Origin: Dimorphilus gyrociliatus
Taxonomy: Eukaryota > Animalia > Annelida
Direction: 5' to 3'
NCBI GenBank assembly: GCA_904063045.1
Contig: CAJFCJ010000028.1
Location: 935,230-999,229, forward strand
DNA length: 64,000 nucleotides
Below, piece by piece: positions 1 to 12,867 of this stretch (positions are counted from its first letter, which is position 1; the number at the start of each line of letters is the position of its first letter). The translations under genes were made by a program, and so were the position numbers. The notes under the pieces were generated by a model. It made no database searches. It was not told where the DNA came from and saw only the letters and a list, made by a program, of their open reading frames with translations.

Positions 1-75
1 TCAGTAACTTTATGTCTCATAAGACTTCCCCTTTCATTTTCAACCTATATATATATTTAATATAATATATTTTTA

Positions 76-3000
76 TTAATATATGCAGTATATAGTATAT
101 ACTAATATTTTAAAACATACCATTAATTGTAGAGGATGCTCTAATCGTCTTGTTGTATTTCCCATTAATCCTTTATCGTAGAATGAATCTGCTACAAATT
201 CGAAATTGTACATTTCGTGATGACGATCATTTTCGCACTTGCAAGGTTTGTTATATTCTGGTTCGCTGTTATATTTATATCGATAACCAACTAAATGAAC
301 TGAAATATTCTTCTCTTTCATTGATCTTTGATAAACAAATTTGATTTTCTTGGTTGGTTCTGTAAATCCGTCCCTCTCGTCAAAGTCTTTATATAAAAGT
401 GTTTCTGTTAGTTTGCTATCTTTGGGAGTAGGCTTAATGATACATTTATCCAAAGCAATTAGTGCCATATCTAAATAAAAAGAAGACGTTAAGCTTTTAT
501 TACTTTATTTTAAATGAAATAAATATTTACCTGGCATTTTTTTAATTAACTTCTTAAATGGACTATCAACGTATTTCTTACTAAAGCAACAATGATATAT
601 CTTTTCCTTTTGATAACAATGTCTTAGTAGATTTGACCATTTATCAGACTCTAACAATATTCTCACTTGTTCCCTATGAGAGAGAGAGAGAGAGAGAGAA
701 AGAGAGGTAAATTGTAAGTCTCAATTTGAAGAAGTAAACAGTCAAAATAAAGAATTTATTACGTCATTCCATAATCTATTGCATAATCGAGCACATTTCT
801 TTTATCACTTTCGCTAAGTACACCGTAAGGATGAATATCATACTTTAGTAGAGTTTGCAATATTTGTAAGTTTCCCCTAGTAATTGCTTCGTACACAGCT
901 TTTGTACCCCATCCTTGCTGTTGGAAAAATCTATATTGGTCATAAACCTATGGAAATGCTATTCTTACACTTTCAACTTTATTGAACAGAGTCCTCATTT
1001 CCACGTCTAAGAAGGATCAACAAAAAAGAAAACGTTCATTATACTTTATGCTTATCGTAAAATGTTTCATTGAGTAAGTGAAAACGACTTACGTAGATTA
1101 TTCTCCCAAGTAATACCGACATTTGGTGAAAACTTCATTTGAGTTGATTTTAGAGAGAATATCATTTCAAGAAGATAATCTAGTACATCATTATTTCCTT
1201 TTATAATTGCTAAATCCATTGGTAAAATATTCTTTTTATTCGATTTTAATAGAAGTGAGCATTTTTCTCTTGTCTTTTCTTTAAGATTCTCAAATAATTC
1301 TTTACAAACGCTTGAAAAGGGTTTTAGAAGACGGATTAATGAATTTACTCTCTTCTTTTACAAATTTAACTCACTCAACATTATTATACTTTACGGCTAA
1401 AAATAATGGACTTTCCCCTTTTCGGTTTTCTGTCATAAAACTTGCGTTGTATTGTAGTAAAAGCTAAATATAAAGTAAGATAATGTGAATTAAACAATTT
1501 GTTAATTTAGATATCTTACTCTTATAAATAGACGATTGTTCTCTTTAGCTGCCAGATGAATTGGAGTATTTTGATCATTGTCTCCATAGTTGATAACTTC
1601 TTCAAAATTTTCAATACTTTCAAATGTTTCTTTTGATACTAAAAGCTGATGTTTGAGGTTTTTTTAGTTTTAATTTCTTCAACAACGGAGACAATTGAAA
1701 AAGAACCTTTAATATTTCTATTGAATGATTCGATACAGCTTTAGAAATCATCCTTGACTCTGGGAACTTTTTAAAATCATTTAGATAAATTGGTAATATC
1801 TTCTCTAATATTTTATGCTGCTTATATACAACACAATAATAGATTGGACTTTTATATCCATATAAATCTGATATATTTGTTTTTATATAGTTTTCTTTCT
1901 TATAGATATAATCATCTTTTCGAAAGATTTCTCTCATTAATTTATCAAAGGCCTCTTTCCTAATTTAAAAATAAAATAAACTATTTATTGAAAAAGCTTT
2001 ATGCATGAAAGAAAAAACAAGGTAATTGCTTACTCGTTTTGCATAAAATGATCAATTAACGGTAGATTACTTTGAATAATCGCTTCGTGTATTAAATAAT
2101 GATGACTATAATTGTCATATTCCACAATTTTCTCTCTAAATTCTATTTGAAAAATGAAATTGTTATAGAAAAAAAATTATTAAAATCTCTCTTTTTGTTA
2201 TATATCTTACTGTATGGACATTTTTCCTTTAAATCGTTCAAAAATATCTTGATTGAGTTGATATTTTTAACTTCAGCCAGTGATAATATTAGTGGAATTT
2301 CATCACGTACCTTAAATTGTTCATCTGAAAGACAATTTATAATATTTAATACATTTCTAACAGTATGTAGCATAGAGCGGATCTACATTTTAATAAGAAT
2401 TTAAGTAATTCTTTGTCATGCATATTATAATGAATAATTCTCTTCTTATCTGTATTTTTCATGTTAAACAGCTGAAAAAGATAGTTTTGAGTTGAAAATT
2501 TTTAAGGGTATTAAACAATAATTATACCTGTAACTCTTCTTCACTCGCCAACATTTCCATCAGTTCTTTTACTTTCATCACTTTTCTTTTTGATATGTTT
2601 TGAAAATGATGATGAAAAGGTGTTGAATTCAGGTCGTCTGTTATCATTCTTTTAATATACTCAATACCTTCATCTTTCACTAAATCAAATAAGTATTTTG
2701 ATACTGTTCTTTGAAGGTTGGCTAAAGAGATAAAGAGAGCTGTTTTTCCATCTTCCCTTGTACCCTGTTGAAAGTTTATTCTATAGATAATGAGTATTAG
2801 CAAAGACATAAGACAAGATTAACTTACGACAAGCCATTTGAAAAATCCTCCACTTTGAATATATTGTTGCATGAAAAGAACTATAGTCTCTACAATATCT
2901 TTATCGCAGTTATTCTGAATGGCATTTATTAAGATTTTATCTTTCTCGCCCTTTTCCCAATCGGTAACAAACATATCACTTAGTAAGTAATCAAGACTGC

Positions 3001-3625
3001 CTTCTCTATTTAAATCTTGAAAGTTGATATCTATAAGTATATTATAAATTGTGCATTTAATAGACTATTACGTTACCCTACTAGAGATTAGTCTTACCTA
3101 TACTTTCAGTTGGAGTTCCTCCATCAATGTTATCTTCACTTTCGTTCTTTTTTTTAAAGAGATAATATTAACAATTTATAACTGTGAAATAGATGAAAAA
3201 TAATATTTTACCTCTGAATATGCTCTAAAAAAATATGTTATAGGTAACTTTTCATAAGCGTCTCTTTCATAGAAATCTATAAGCAAATAATACAGAAAAA
3301 TGAAATACTATATCTAGTTAAATGAAGAAATAAATAACATACTAGCTCCGTAAGATTTAAGGATTTTGAATAAACCAATGGATCGTTTTCTTGCAGCATA
3401 ATGCACAATACATATTCCCGAACTATCTTTTTTTTTAAATAGTTTATCTCGATCAGAGATATCTTTTAAACATTTTTCAAGCTGTTCTGATGAACCTCTC
3501 CAATCTTTAACTAGCTATATACAATCTTTAAACCTTAATATATAATATATTCTTTATTATTTCATTGCACAAACCTCAAACACTCTCTTTTCTTCTCCTG
3601 TTAATTCGTTTTCAATATCATCCAT
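76..3625 (-). CDS. TRPA-like ankyrin-repeat cation channel, copy 1 (multi-exon; 3' part with the TM domain lies beyond the left edge)
   Basis: ATG at 3625 ([17 protein letters not shown]|gtttgt), then [16 protein letters not shown]...[12 protein letters not shown]. Ankyrin-type exons include [15 protein letters not shown] and [13 protein letters not shown] 76-468 (LDKC...[10 protein letters not shown]...HPLQLMV) parallels 5897-6520 of copy 2. Exon borders read by eye. Confidence 0.85.
678..699. repeat. (GA)n microsatellite in an intron of TRPA-like copy 1
   Basis: Direct read of gagagag... at 678-699. Confidence 0.9.
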
Positions 3626-4205
3626 CGTCTAATTGATAATCGTCCTCCTTTCAGTTTTAGATACTCTGCGTTCAACAAATGTATACTATAGCAGAAATTC
3701 TAGATTAAAATATTAGTGGTTGTTGGCCTCAAAAGGCCTTGTAGTAACAATATGCTTATTGAACAAGTCACAATATGCTTATTGATATGATTAATAATGG
3801 AAATGCCTGACTAGCTCTGTTGTGTTGTTTAAACTTATAGTCTTATTGCCACTAAGTTTTTGTTTGAATTTTATATAGGTATTCGTAAGATTCGTAAGAT
3901 GAATGTACAGAATGTCGCAAAAATCATATTTAAAGGTTACCTATAATGATATATCCGTTGAAGAAAAATTTGATATAAATGCTTTACAAAGTAAAGCAAA
4001 CTTTGAATAGTTTGTCAAGATATGAAATGTCGATATTCTAGCCTACATTTTCAACAAATACATTAGAGAAACGGTTGTTTTATAACCCGATCTTTGAACA
4101 AAGATAATTAGAATGTATTAATGAAAAGAATATAAGGGAAGGGAGGGGGGGAAAGGGTGAGAGAGGAAAATAGTAAACATGATAATTAATCTCTAACCAA
4201 CAGTA

Positions 4206-7200
4206 TTAACTTTCTTTAAACTTTTCAACTAATAAATCTTTAATAATATAAATATTTTTCTTAATATCATTTATAGATTTCTTATGATTTTGTTCAACTT
4301 CTTTAATTGAATTTTTCAATTGTAGAATAGTTTCTTCCATTAATGTTAAATCTTCTTTTTTAACAGTTTTCTCTTCTTTCATTATTTTATAATTCTTACG
4401 AGAATTTGTCTTATCTTCAATACAATTATGTTCAGTACATTCAACTGCCCAACTAGAATATAAACTTATTCCCATAAATGACGATGTAAAATTGAAAAAA
4501 TTCTGAAATTCTTCACGGCATTTAATTTTATAATAAAAATTAAAATGTTTCGAATCAGTTTCATCTTCGTATTGAACTTTTGAGTAAACATCACCAGTTT
4601 TACTATCAATACGACTATTTCGCCGATTCAATAGACAATTTTTCCTTTCGAAGTTTCTTCGCAACCAATTTAATACTCGACCAAAAAAGTTTCTTTGCCT
4701 ATAGAATTCTGATTCGTTGCACATAGCTACTTCCAATTTCTTTGATGCGAAATAGGTAACTTCTTTTAAATGTTTAACGTTTTCAACCGCTAAAGCTGTT
4801 AACAAATTCATAACAATAATTGGCATAACTATAAGAAATCCAATAAATATTATATAAGATGAAACAGGAAAGTGTACAATGTCTTCTCTCTCTCTACCGA
4901 TTCTATTATTAAAGAATAAATCAGTAAAATCAAACTCTCCAGTCATCATCACCGATGTTTTTATCATAGTTTCGTGAAATGTTGAAAAGTAGAACTATAC
5001 AAGTAGGAAAATATCAATATATCATTAGCATATAATAAGACGGGAGAAAAATTATTTAATTTCAATAGCATACCTGATTTCTAAACAATCCGTAAAAGCT
5101 TAAACTAAATGCCAGAACAAATATAAATAAAACACCGAAGAACTGAAAGAACGTTTGCAAAATGGTTGTTATCATTGATATATATTCCCCTAAATAAGGC
5201 ATATTCCTTAAATGAAATATAAGATTGAACCAAAGAAAGAATAAACATATAAATCCAAATTCAAATATATTCCTATTTACCTATAAACAAATTTAATATA
5301 TCAATGATTTGTTTTGATATACAGTGTAATATATTCATATATATTTACTTGATTTCTAAAGCATTGAACATTATATAAGATAATAAATATCAAAGGTAGA
5401 CCATAAGTAGACCAATCTATTAAATTAGTTAAATTAAAATACCTTTTCCTTAAATCAATCATTTGCATAATCTGTTTGTAATTTACATTAATTATACAGT
5501 ATATACTTTATATAAAAACGTTATTGTTTATTATTTACCTCTGCTAATAAACTAATTCCTATAATCATATACAATATGACCATAATAATCCATGTACCTT
5601 TGTCTTTACTACAAAAGAATTCAATTTTGTTTGTAGCGTTAATTCGTTCGTAATTTCTAAAAACAAACATCTAGGTATTAATTATATTTTGATTCGTTTA
5701 TTTTATCATACTGGAAGACTGGTGATGAAGATGTGAGTAGGAATGACGTAAACAAACCCAAATATAGTATATAATACAATAGAAAGCCTAAAAATTGTCT
5801 TAAATACTCTTTCCTATGGAAAGCAAATAATTTTCTGGTAAGTTTATGCTCAATAAGTTCTTTTCGGCCATAGTCAGCCTATAGAGAAAAAGTTAGCTAA
5901 TTAATTATCATTATATACAGTATGTTTACCATTAAATAAAGGGGGTGATCTTTCATTATTCGCTGAGAGATTTTAGCGTGATGTTCATCGTAAAATGAAT
6001 CAGTTATAAATTCAAAATTATACAATTCAAGCTTTTCGTGATTGCTACAATCGCACTTTAATGAATATAAAGGTTTTACAAGTCTCTCTCGTCCATCGCA
6101 CGAAACGGTCGCGTTGAAATTATAATTGACGTCTCTTTTCTTCATTAAATGAAATTTAATTGATTTTGGATGAAGGTTTTTAGACATTCCGTAATTTTTT
6201 GGTATATTAATCTTTTTCGACATTTCGAATAGTGTTTCCTCTTCGTACTCTTCACTATCTGACGGCTTAACAACGCATTTATCCAACACTAATCTAGCCA
6301 TATCTATTAATGAAAAGATATTATAATTATAAACTATTAAACGTAACATACAGCTACTTAATTTACCTGGCATTGTTCTTACTAATTTTTTAAATGGAGA
6401 TGAAACATGAGTTTGGTTGAAGAAAGGAAATATATTTACTTCATACGTGTAGTAATGGCGTAAAAAAGACGCCCATTTATTAGATTCCAATAATATTTGA
6501 ACGTGTTCCCTTGTAATCAAAATGTGAGAAATATATTGTATATAATGTGTATACGCTGTATGCTATAACATAAGATGTAATATCTTACTTTAATTTATTA
6601 TCGATAGCGTAGTCAAGAATGTTTGTTCCTCTTTTCAAATCGACTAAGCCGTTAGAATGTATATCGTACTTTAAAAGCACTTTTAATACAAAGGGATAAT
6701 TTCTTCTGATAGCCTCATAAACAATATTTGTACCCCAACTTTGCTAAAAGTAATAAAAGTATTATCATCCAAATCTATGATACTGTGGAATAGACTTACA
6801 TTTAATATTTTTACTAATAAAAAGTAACAACTGTTGTCGACTAAAATATAAAAACTATATATATATCAATAATAAACATATAGACCCAAGAATATAAGAT
6901 CAATAGATATACTACAAATTAATTTTAAAAACCGATGATATTTACCAGAGAAAACTGACTTTTCAAATATTATCTCTAATAGATAATCCACATTACTACT
7001 CTTTCCATATTTTACTGCCGTCTCTACTGCTAATTCACCTTTTATATTCTCAGTATTTAAAAACATCCAAAAAATACTATCATCAATATTGTCTAATAGT
7101 TCCTTAATTATTCTGTTTTCAATGAAAAAACATGAATGATAATAATAGTAATTATAAATATTTCAGGTAATTAATTAATAATAATATATTCACTCATTAT

Positions 7201-9765
7201 TATTATTTTTAGCTGCAACGTGTAAAGGTGTATTACCCTCTCTATCTTGTATAGAATAATTTGCTTTACATTCCAATAGAAGCTGTGTTCAAAATACAGA
7301 GATATTAATTTGGAAATATGATGCAATAGGATTGTAGATTAGAATTATTACTTGAATAAATTTACTATTCTTTTGAGAAGCGGCAAAGAAAATTGGCGTT
7401 AATCCATAACTATCTCTATAATTAATACAATGAGTAATATTCTTAATATTATCTCTATAATCTGCAGACAGGAATAACTAGATAATGAAAGAAAAGTTAT
7501 TTGAAAAATTAGTTTTTTCTCTACAAAATATTATCATTAAAATAATAAACCTTTATTATTTGAATTTGTCCTCTTTTAACCGCTTGATAAATGATATCTT
7601 CATCAAGAAAACATTTAATTTCTTTAGAGAAATGAGGTAAAATCCTCTCCAAGATTTTGAATTGATTTCGCAGATAACAAATATAAAATAAACTTTTATA
7701 TTCGCCAGTTGAAAATTTATATTCCTTTATAGCAGCTTCCTCAATTAATAATAGAAATGTATGATACCTGTTTATACATATATATGTGTATATACTGTAT
7801 ACTGTGCATATTTGTAGAAAAAACACATTCTTTAATTATTATCTTACTCGTTTTCTATTAAATAGTTAATTAGATAAGGATTCTTATTATCAACTGCATA
7901 ATGAACAACGCTATACCCATTCTTTTCATCAATTCGAAGTATTTCGTTAAAGAATACATCTAAAATACAAACAGATGAGTAATATTTATAGATAGCTATT
8001 CTAAGAATAGAAGTGGCAAAACGTTTCGCATAAAAACTTTACTAAGTAACCTGGTGAATAAGCGCTTAGCCCGGCAAAATAGATTTTAATAGAATCCATA
8101 TTTTTTACTTCCGCCAGTGAAAAGATTAATGGATACTCCATTTCCGAAGTTAATTCAAATCCTATATTTAATAAATATCGAAATATATCTGATTCGAATA
8201 GACCATAGTGAATAATTCTTTTATTATTATTGTCTTTCCAATCGACTATCTGTAATTACAAGGAATAATATTGTTTTTTATCAATAATGGAAAAATAGCT
8301 TACTAGTTCGTATTTCTTATAAATCATATTAAACAATTCCTTATATTCTTGAATATCTCTTGCAGATAGTTTATCAAATTTAAAATGAAAAGGAGTACAT
8401 CTATCGTGATCAGTAATCATTTCTAGGATATAGTTATCATTTCTCTCCTTTATCAAATCAAATAAGTACATGGAAATGGTTTTCTGTAAGTTTCTTATCG
8501 AAAGGCAAAGCGCTGTTCTTCCTTGTTCGTCCCTCATCTATTTTTGAAGAGGTTAAGAAAAAGAAAGGGTCATTAATTAGCAATAAAATTATAAATAATA
8601 ATATTTTAGCATTTTTCCACCTGGAGCCAATGAAAGAATTCATCTTCACTAATTATATTTCTCATAATTATAATAAGGCATTCAATAATATTCATATTGC
8701 AACGGTATTGAACAGCTTTAATTAGCAAGGATTCTTCGCCAGTTTCTTCGAATATATCAGTAAGAAAATGTCTAAAAAGACCATTAAACGTAATTACTCC
8801 ATTGGTATTAATATCTGTTGCGCGTAAAATAACATGTAGATACTACACATTAAACAGGAAGCAATTATATCACCGTCTAAAAATGTTTCTATACTCTCCA
8901 TCGGAGAATCATCGCCTTCCGGTTTATTGAAATAATAAACCAATGGTAGATTATCATTTGCGTCTCTTTCGTAAAAATCTGGTTAGTTAATAAAAAAAAT
9001 TATGGCATGAAAGTTATATATTTAATTAAAACACAGCAATTAATTGACTTTAGGCAACGACTAACTTGCTCTGAATGATTTAAGAATGTTAAGTAGATGA
9101 GTACAGCGTTTTCTTGTAGCACAGTGGATAAGGCATAAACCATAACTATTTCTTTTCTTAAAAATTGCTTGTCTTTCCACGTCGGATAGAGTTTTAAGAT
9201 AATTATTTAGGCGGTCAGTACTCTTCTTTATCTGCAATTCTCTATGATAAACCAGATAGTATTCAACGAGATTCTTGCAATTTTTCTGTCTAATTTTCTC
9301 TTGTTCGTCTTGCGATAATTTCAAAAAACAATAGAAAATAACATCCTTTCTCCTTTCCATCTCTCTTTCAGAACTATGAATTAGGCATGAATCTAAACTC
9401 ATGGGATATTCAATATTATCAATTGTTACTATATCCATCTCTTTTCTAAAAGCTAATGAAAATTCATAAATATTTGTATCTTTATCAGCATTTTCCTTAT
9501 ATTTAGTAATTCGATCAGCAATGGCATCAAGTTGTTTTTCATGTTTGAAACATTTTTCATCATCCGACAAATCGTTAAAACACTGAATCAGAATATCGTT
9601 ACTCTCTATTATTTCTTTATTTGGATCCCAATTTTCAACAAGCTGTAGAATAGAGGAAGTATATTAAATAAAGTTTTATCCTATTGATATTTGAAGGGGA
9701 AGAAAAACCTCAAACACTTTGTCTGCCTTTGATTTTAAGTTTTCTTTTAAATTCTCTTCGGACAT
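4206..9765 (-). CDS. TRPA-like ankyrin-repeat cation channel, copy 2 (complete, multi-exon)
   Basis: ATG at 9765 (MSEENLKENLKSKADKVFE|gt). Ankyrin exons include DEQGRTALCLSI and DREGNTPLHVAA. Pre-S1 ELIEHKLTRKL, S3 YFNLTNLIDW, S4-S5 LWFNLIFHLRNMPYLGEYISMI...LAFSLSFY, pore MMTGEFDF, S6 VMPIIVMNLLTALAV, then a C-terminal coiled coil; stop at 4206. This matches the TRPA1/painless family architecture. Confidence 0.92.
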
Positions 9766-10574
9766 TTTAGTAAAGAAGTTACTTTTCTTTCTTCTTTTTT
9801 AAGATATAAAAAAATACGGTTAATCCAACTTCAAAAGGATTTTTTTGTGATTTAACTGTATAAATTTACTATATCTATTAAAAAAACGTGATTTATACAT
9901 TATACCTTTATAGATAGTACTCTCTATGTACTCGGTTTCTTACTCTACTGCATACAATTACTGAGTGCATGTTAAAATAGACTGACATTACTCAACTATT
10001 TAGTTACGCCAATCTTGATATGTTGAACGTAATAACAACTATAGAACTATTGTTTTTGGATATGAATAATAGTTTATAATAAAATAATGTAGTTTTAACT
10101 AATCTCTAGTTAAATTTAATAGTTTATATTCCTTTGTGTTTGGTGGAAATTTTTCAACAAGCTTTAAATTAAAAACAGATCAGAAAAATTAGACAAAAAC
10201 CAAGAAATTCCTTAAGAGATCGCTTTACAAGAAGATATAAACTATATTGTTAATTTATTAAAGGTTAACCTTAAAAGTCCTATTACAGACTTGTATAAAT
10301 TATTTAATTTTACCTTGAACTTTGCTTTATTTAAGTGATTGAAAAACATCCTACAAACAAAATGTTTACAAAGTATAAAAGACCTGTATAAGACACAATT
10401 AACTTGGCTTTCGCTCTAAAACATACATTTTGAATAAAAATTTTTCAACTTTAATCAAGTAATTATTTTTAAGGTTTTTCATTTTCTTCCCTTTTTCACG
10501 TGAAACTGTTTATTCGTAATAAAACCAATGAAAAAATAATCATTTTTCTCTTATTTTAGAAAATTGAAAAAAAA

Positions 10575-11010
10575 ATGATAAATATAAATTTTCTTCTATT
10601 TTTAATGTTGGTGGGATTTCCTTTGGTCAAATCGAGAAATAATCCGGCGAAGCTAACAGTCAAGCAACTTGAAATAACTAAACAAAGAGATTCACTTAAT
10701 AAGAAATATAGAAATGAAGAGGTAAATTTTAAAATACAAGTACTATTTATTTATTATGAATATTTTAGCGTCTCTTTTCTAATATTTCTATTTTTAGATT
10801 ATCTGGACTGAATTTGGAATTTTAAAGAAATCAATGTACTGTAGAAATTTTGAATTTCCCCATCTTGAACAGCTGCTAAAGTTTTGCGAAATTATAAAAT
10901 TTAAAGGAAAATTTATGGTTAAACCAAGAGAATATCCAAAATGGAGAAGATCAATGTGTATTTTATGGAAAAAAACAAATTGTCGTAATTCAGATTACAT
11001 AGAAATCTAA
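10575..11010 (+). CDS. Orphan secreted protein, 119 aa, 2 exons (10575-10721, 10798-11010)
   Basis: Hydrophobic signal-like N-terminus MININFLLFLMLVGFPLVKS. A phase-0 intron gtaaat...tttttag (10722-10797) joins an open 70-codon exon IIWTEFGILKKSMYC...NCRNSDYIEI* containing 4 Cys. Confidence 0.7.
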
Positions 11011-12867
11011 ATTGTTTCTTTTTCTCCTTTTCTTTCAATTTTTAAATATCTTTTGATCAAAATATGAAATGTTTTATAAAAATTGAAAAAAGAAAAAAGC
11101 TTAAACGAAAGAATTAAAATAAAAGAAATTTGCATTGAAATCAAACATTTTGGAATTATTATTACTATTGTTATTTTCGTATTTATCTTTTAAAAAGAAC
11201 AATCTCATTTATACTAAAATTATAAAATGTCTTCTAAAAAAATAAAGGAACAAAGAACATAATTATTGTTTTTTTTTTAAATGTATTTATATAGACATTT
11301 TCAGTTTGATTATAGAATTAAAAATGGTAAGAAAAATAAAATATGTTTTATTCCATTTTTATGTTTGACCTAGTTTTTTTTAGACTTTAAATAATTAAAG
11401 TAAAATCATTTCAAGATTTTGTTCTTTATTTAAGAAAACCACACTTTTTACTTATTTTACAAATTTTTAACAAATTTATAGCGTATGAAAATAAACAAGT
11501 TTAATTTATGCAAATAGAAAGGAAGAGAACAAAAGAATAGGAAAATTTACAAGTTCTTTTAAAATCTATTATTTAGGCCTATATTTCTATATGTAAAGTA
11601 ACTTCATTTACTATATAATTATTATTCATAATTTAATATATTTCCATTAAATAATTCGCGGAATATGGTTAAAGAAATGTATTTACGTAGTAATATCTAT
11701 ATCGATATTTGTAGCATATACGGCATATTACTTTTATATTATATGATATCATTTATGGCAAAACCAGCTGGTTGTATTCAAGCGGAAGTAGAATTGTAGC
11801 CTTAAATAAATTGTATTCTTTATAGACTTTAGTAAATTAGCTTTTTGTTTGATGTTAATAATTTCGAATATATTTTATATTGATTATGTTACTTTTAAAG
11901 CAGTTGTATTAAGGATATATGGGATTTTATAATTCCTTATTCATAACTTGTTTTTCTATATAGTTAATAGTTTATAAACGATAACTTTTTAAGAGTTTCT
12001 GAAGAGAAGAGGAAGCATTTTAGAAAGTAGAAAAAACCTTATGCCATTAACACAAAATGGAGAAATTCTTCTGTAACCAATGCAAAAACTATGGAGCGGA
12101 CATTTCTTTATTCTCTATTCGTCAGTTTCCAAGAAATGTATGAAATAGCTATTTATTGTTAACATTTAGATAAGAAACAATTCAACTAGAAAGAGTATTC
12201 TCGGAAGCAGTTTGAAATTGAATCCAATTTTCGGATACTATTGTAATAATTGTCAATTATCTAGTTCCAAAAGTTATTAACAAAGATACTTCGTACAGAT
12301 ATTAAGACATTAGATGCAATAATAATACTTTATTTAGTGATGATCACGTGAAAAATAACCTTCCATCGTATTGGAATTCAACTGGGACGAATTGAGAATT
12401 TTCTGAAAACTTTCCATTCTTGTAAATAGTTTATTCTTTGTTTAGAAAAGAAAAATACCTAAAGAAAAGAGAAACATTCCTATTTACGAATGAAAATTAT
12501 TTATAAGAAATCGACTTTTGTTTTTTTCTCCCTTAGATTCTTCATACTGTTAATTAATATTATAATTTTCAATATATTTATTCAAACAGTTAAATAAAAA
12601 GAAATGCCAAGAAGTGAATTACTTTTCGATATTTAAGAGTAATAAAGCTTTTGTTGAAATTTCAATATGGTCTATTTCTTGTTTAACTGCAATCATATAT
12701 TGAAAATATTTTTTATATTAGAAACATATGTTAAATAGACGTGTTTCGTTCAGTCGATATGTTGAATAAGATCTATGAAGTCACATTTTAGTTAAATGCC
12801 GGCTTCTTTGGCCATAACATCTGCAATAGTTGATAAAGTTCAAGTTATCTTTGTTTATTTATGAAAA

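Noticed and set aside
5711-5727. miR-7-like string TGGAAGACTGGTGATG
   Set aside because: It lies antisense to a TRPA coding exon with no precursor hairpin; coincidental.
12057-12280. Possible small CxxC...CxxC protein (MEKFFCNQCK... joined to ...YYCNNCQ)
   Set aside because: It needs a 32-nt intron, shorter than any other intron read here (the shortest is about 47 nt). Other frames in 11.7-12.4 kb could not be joined into a gene.
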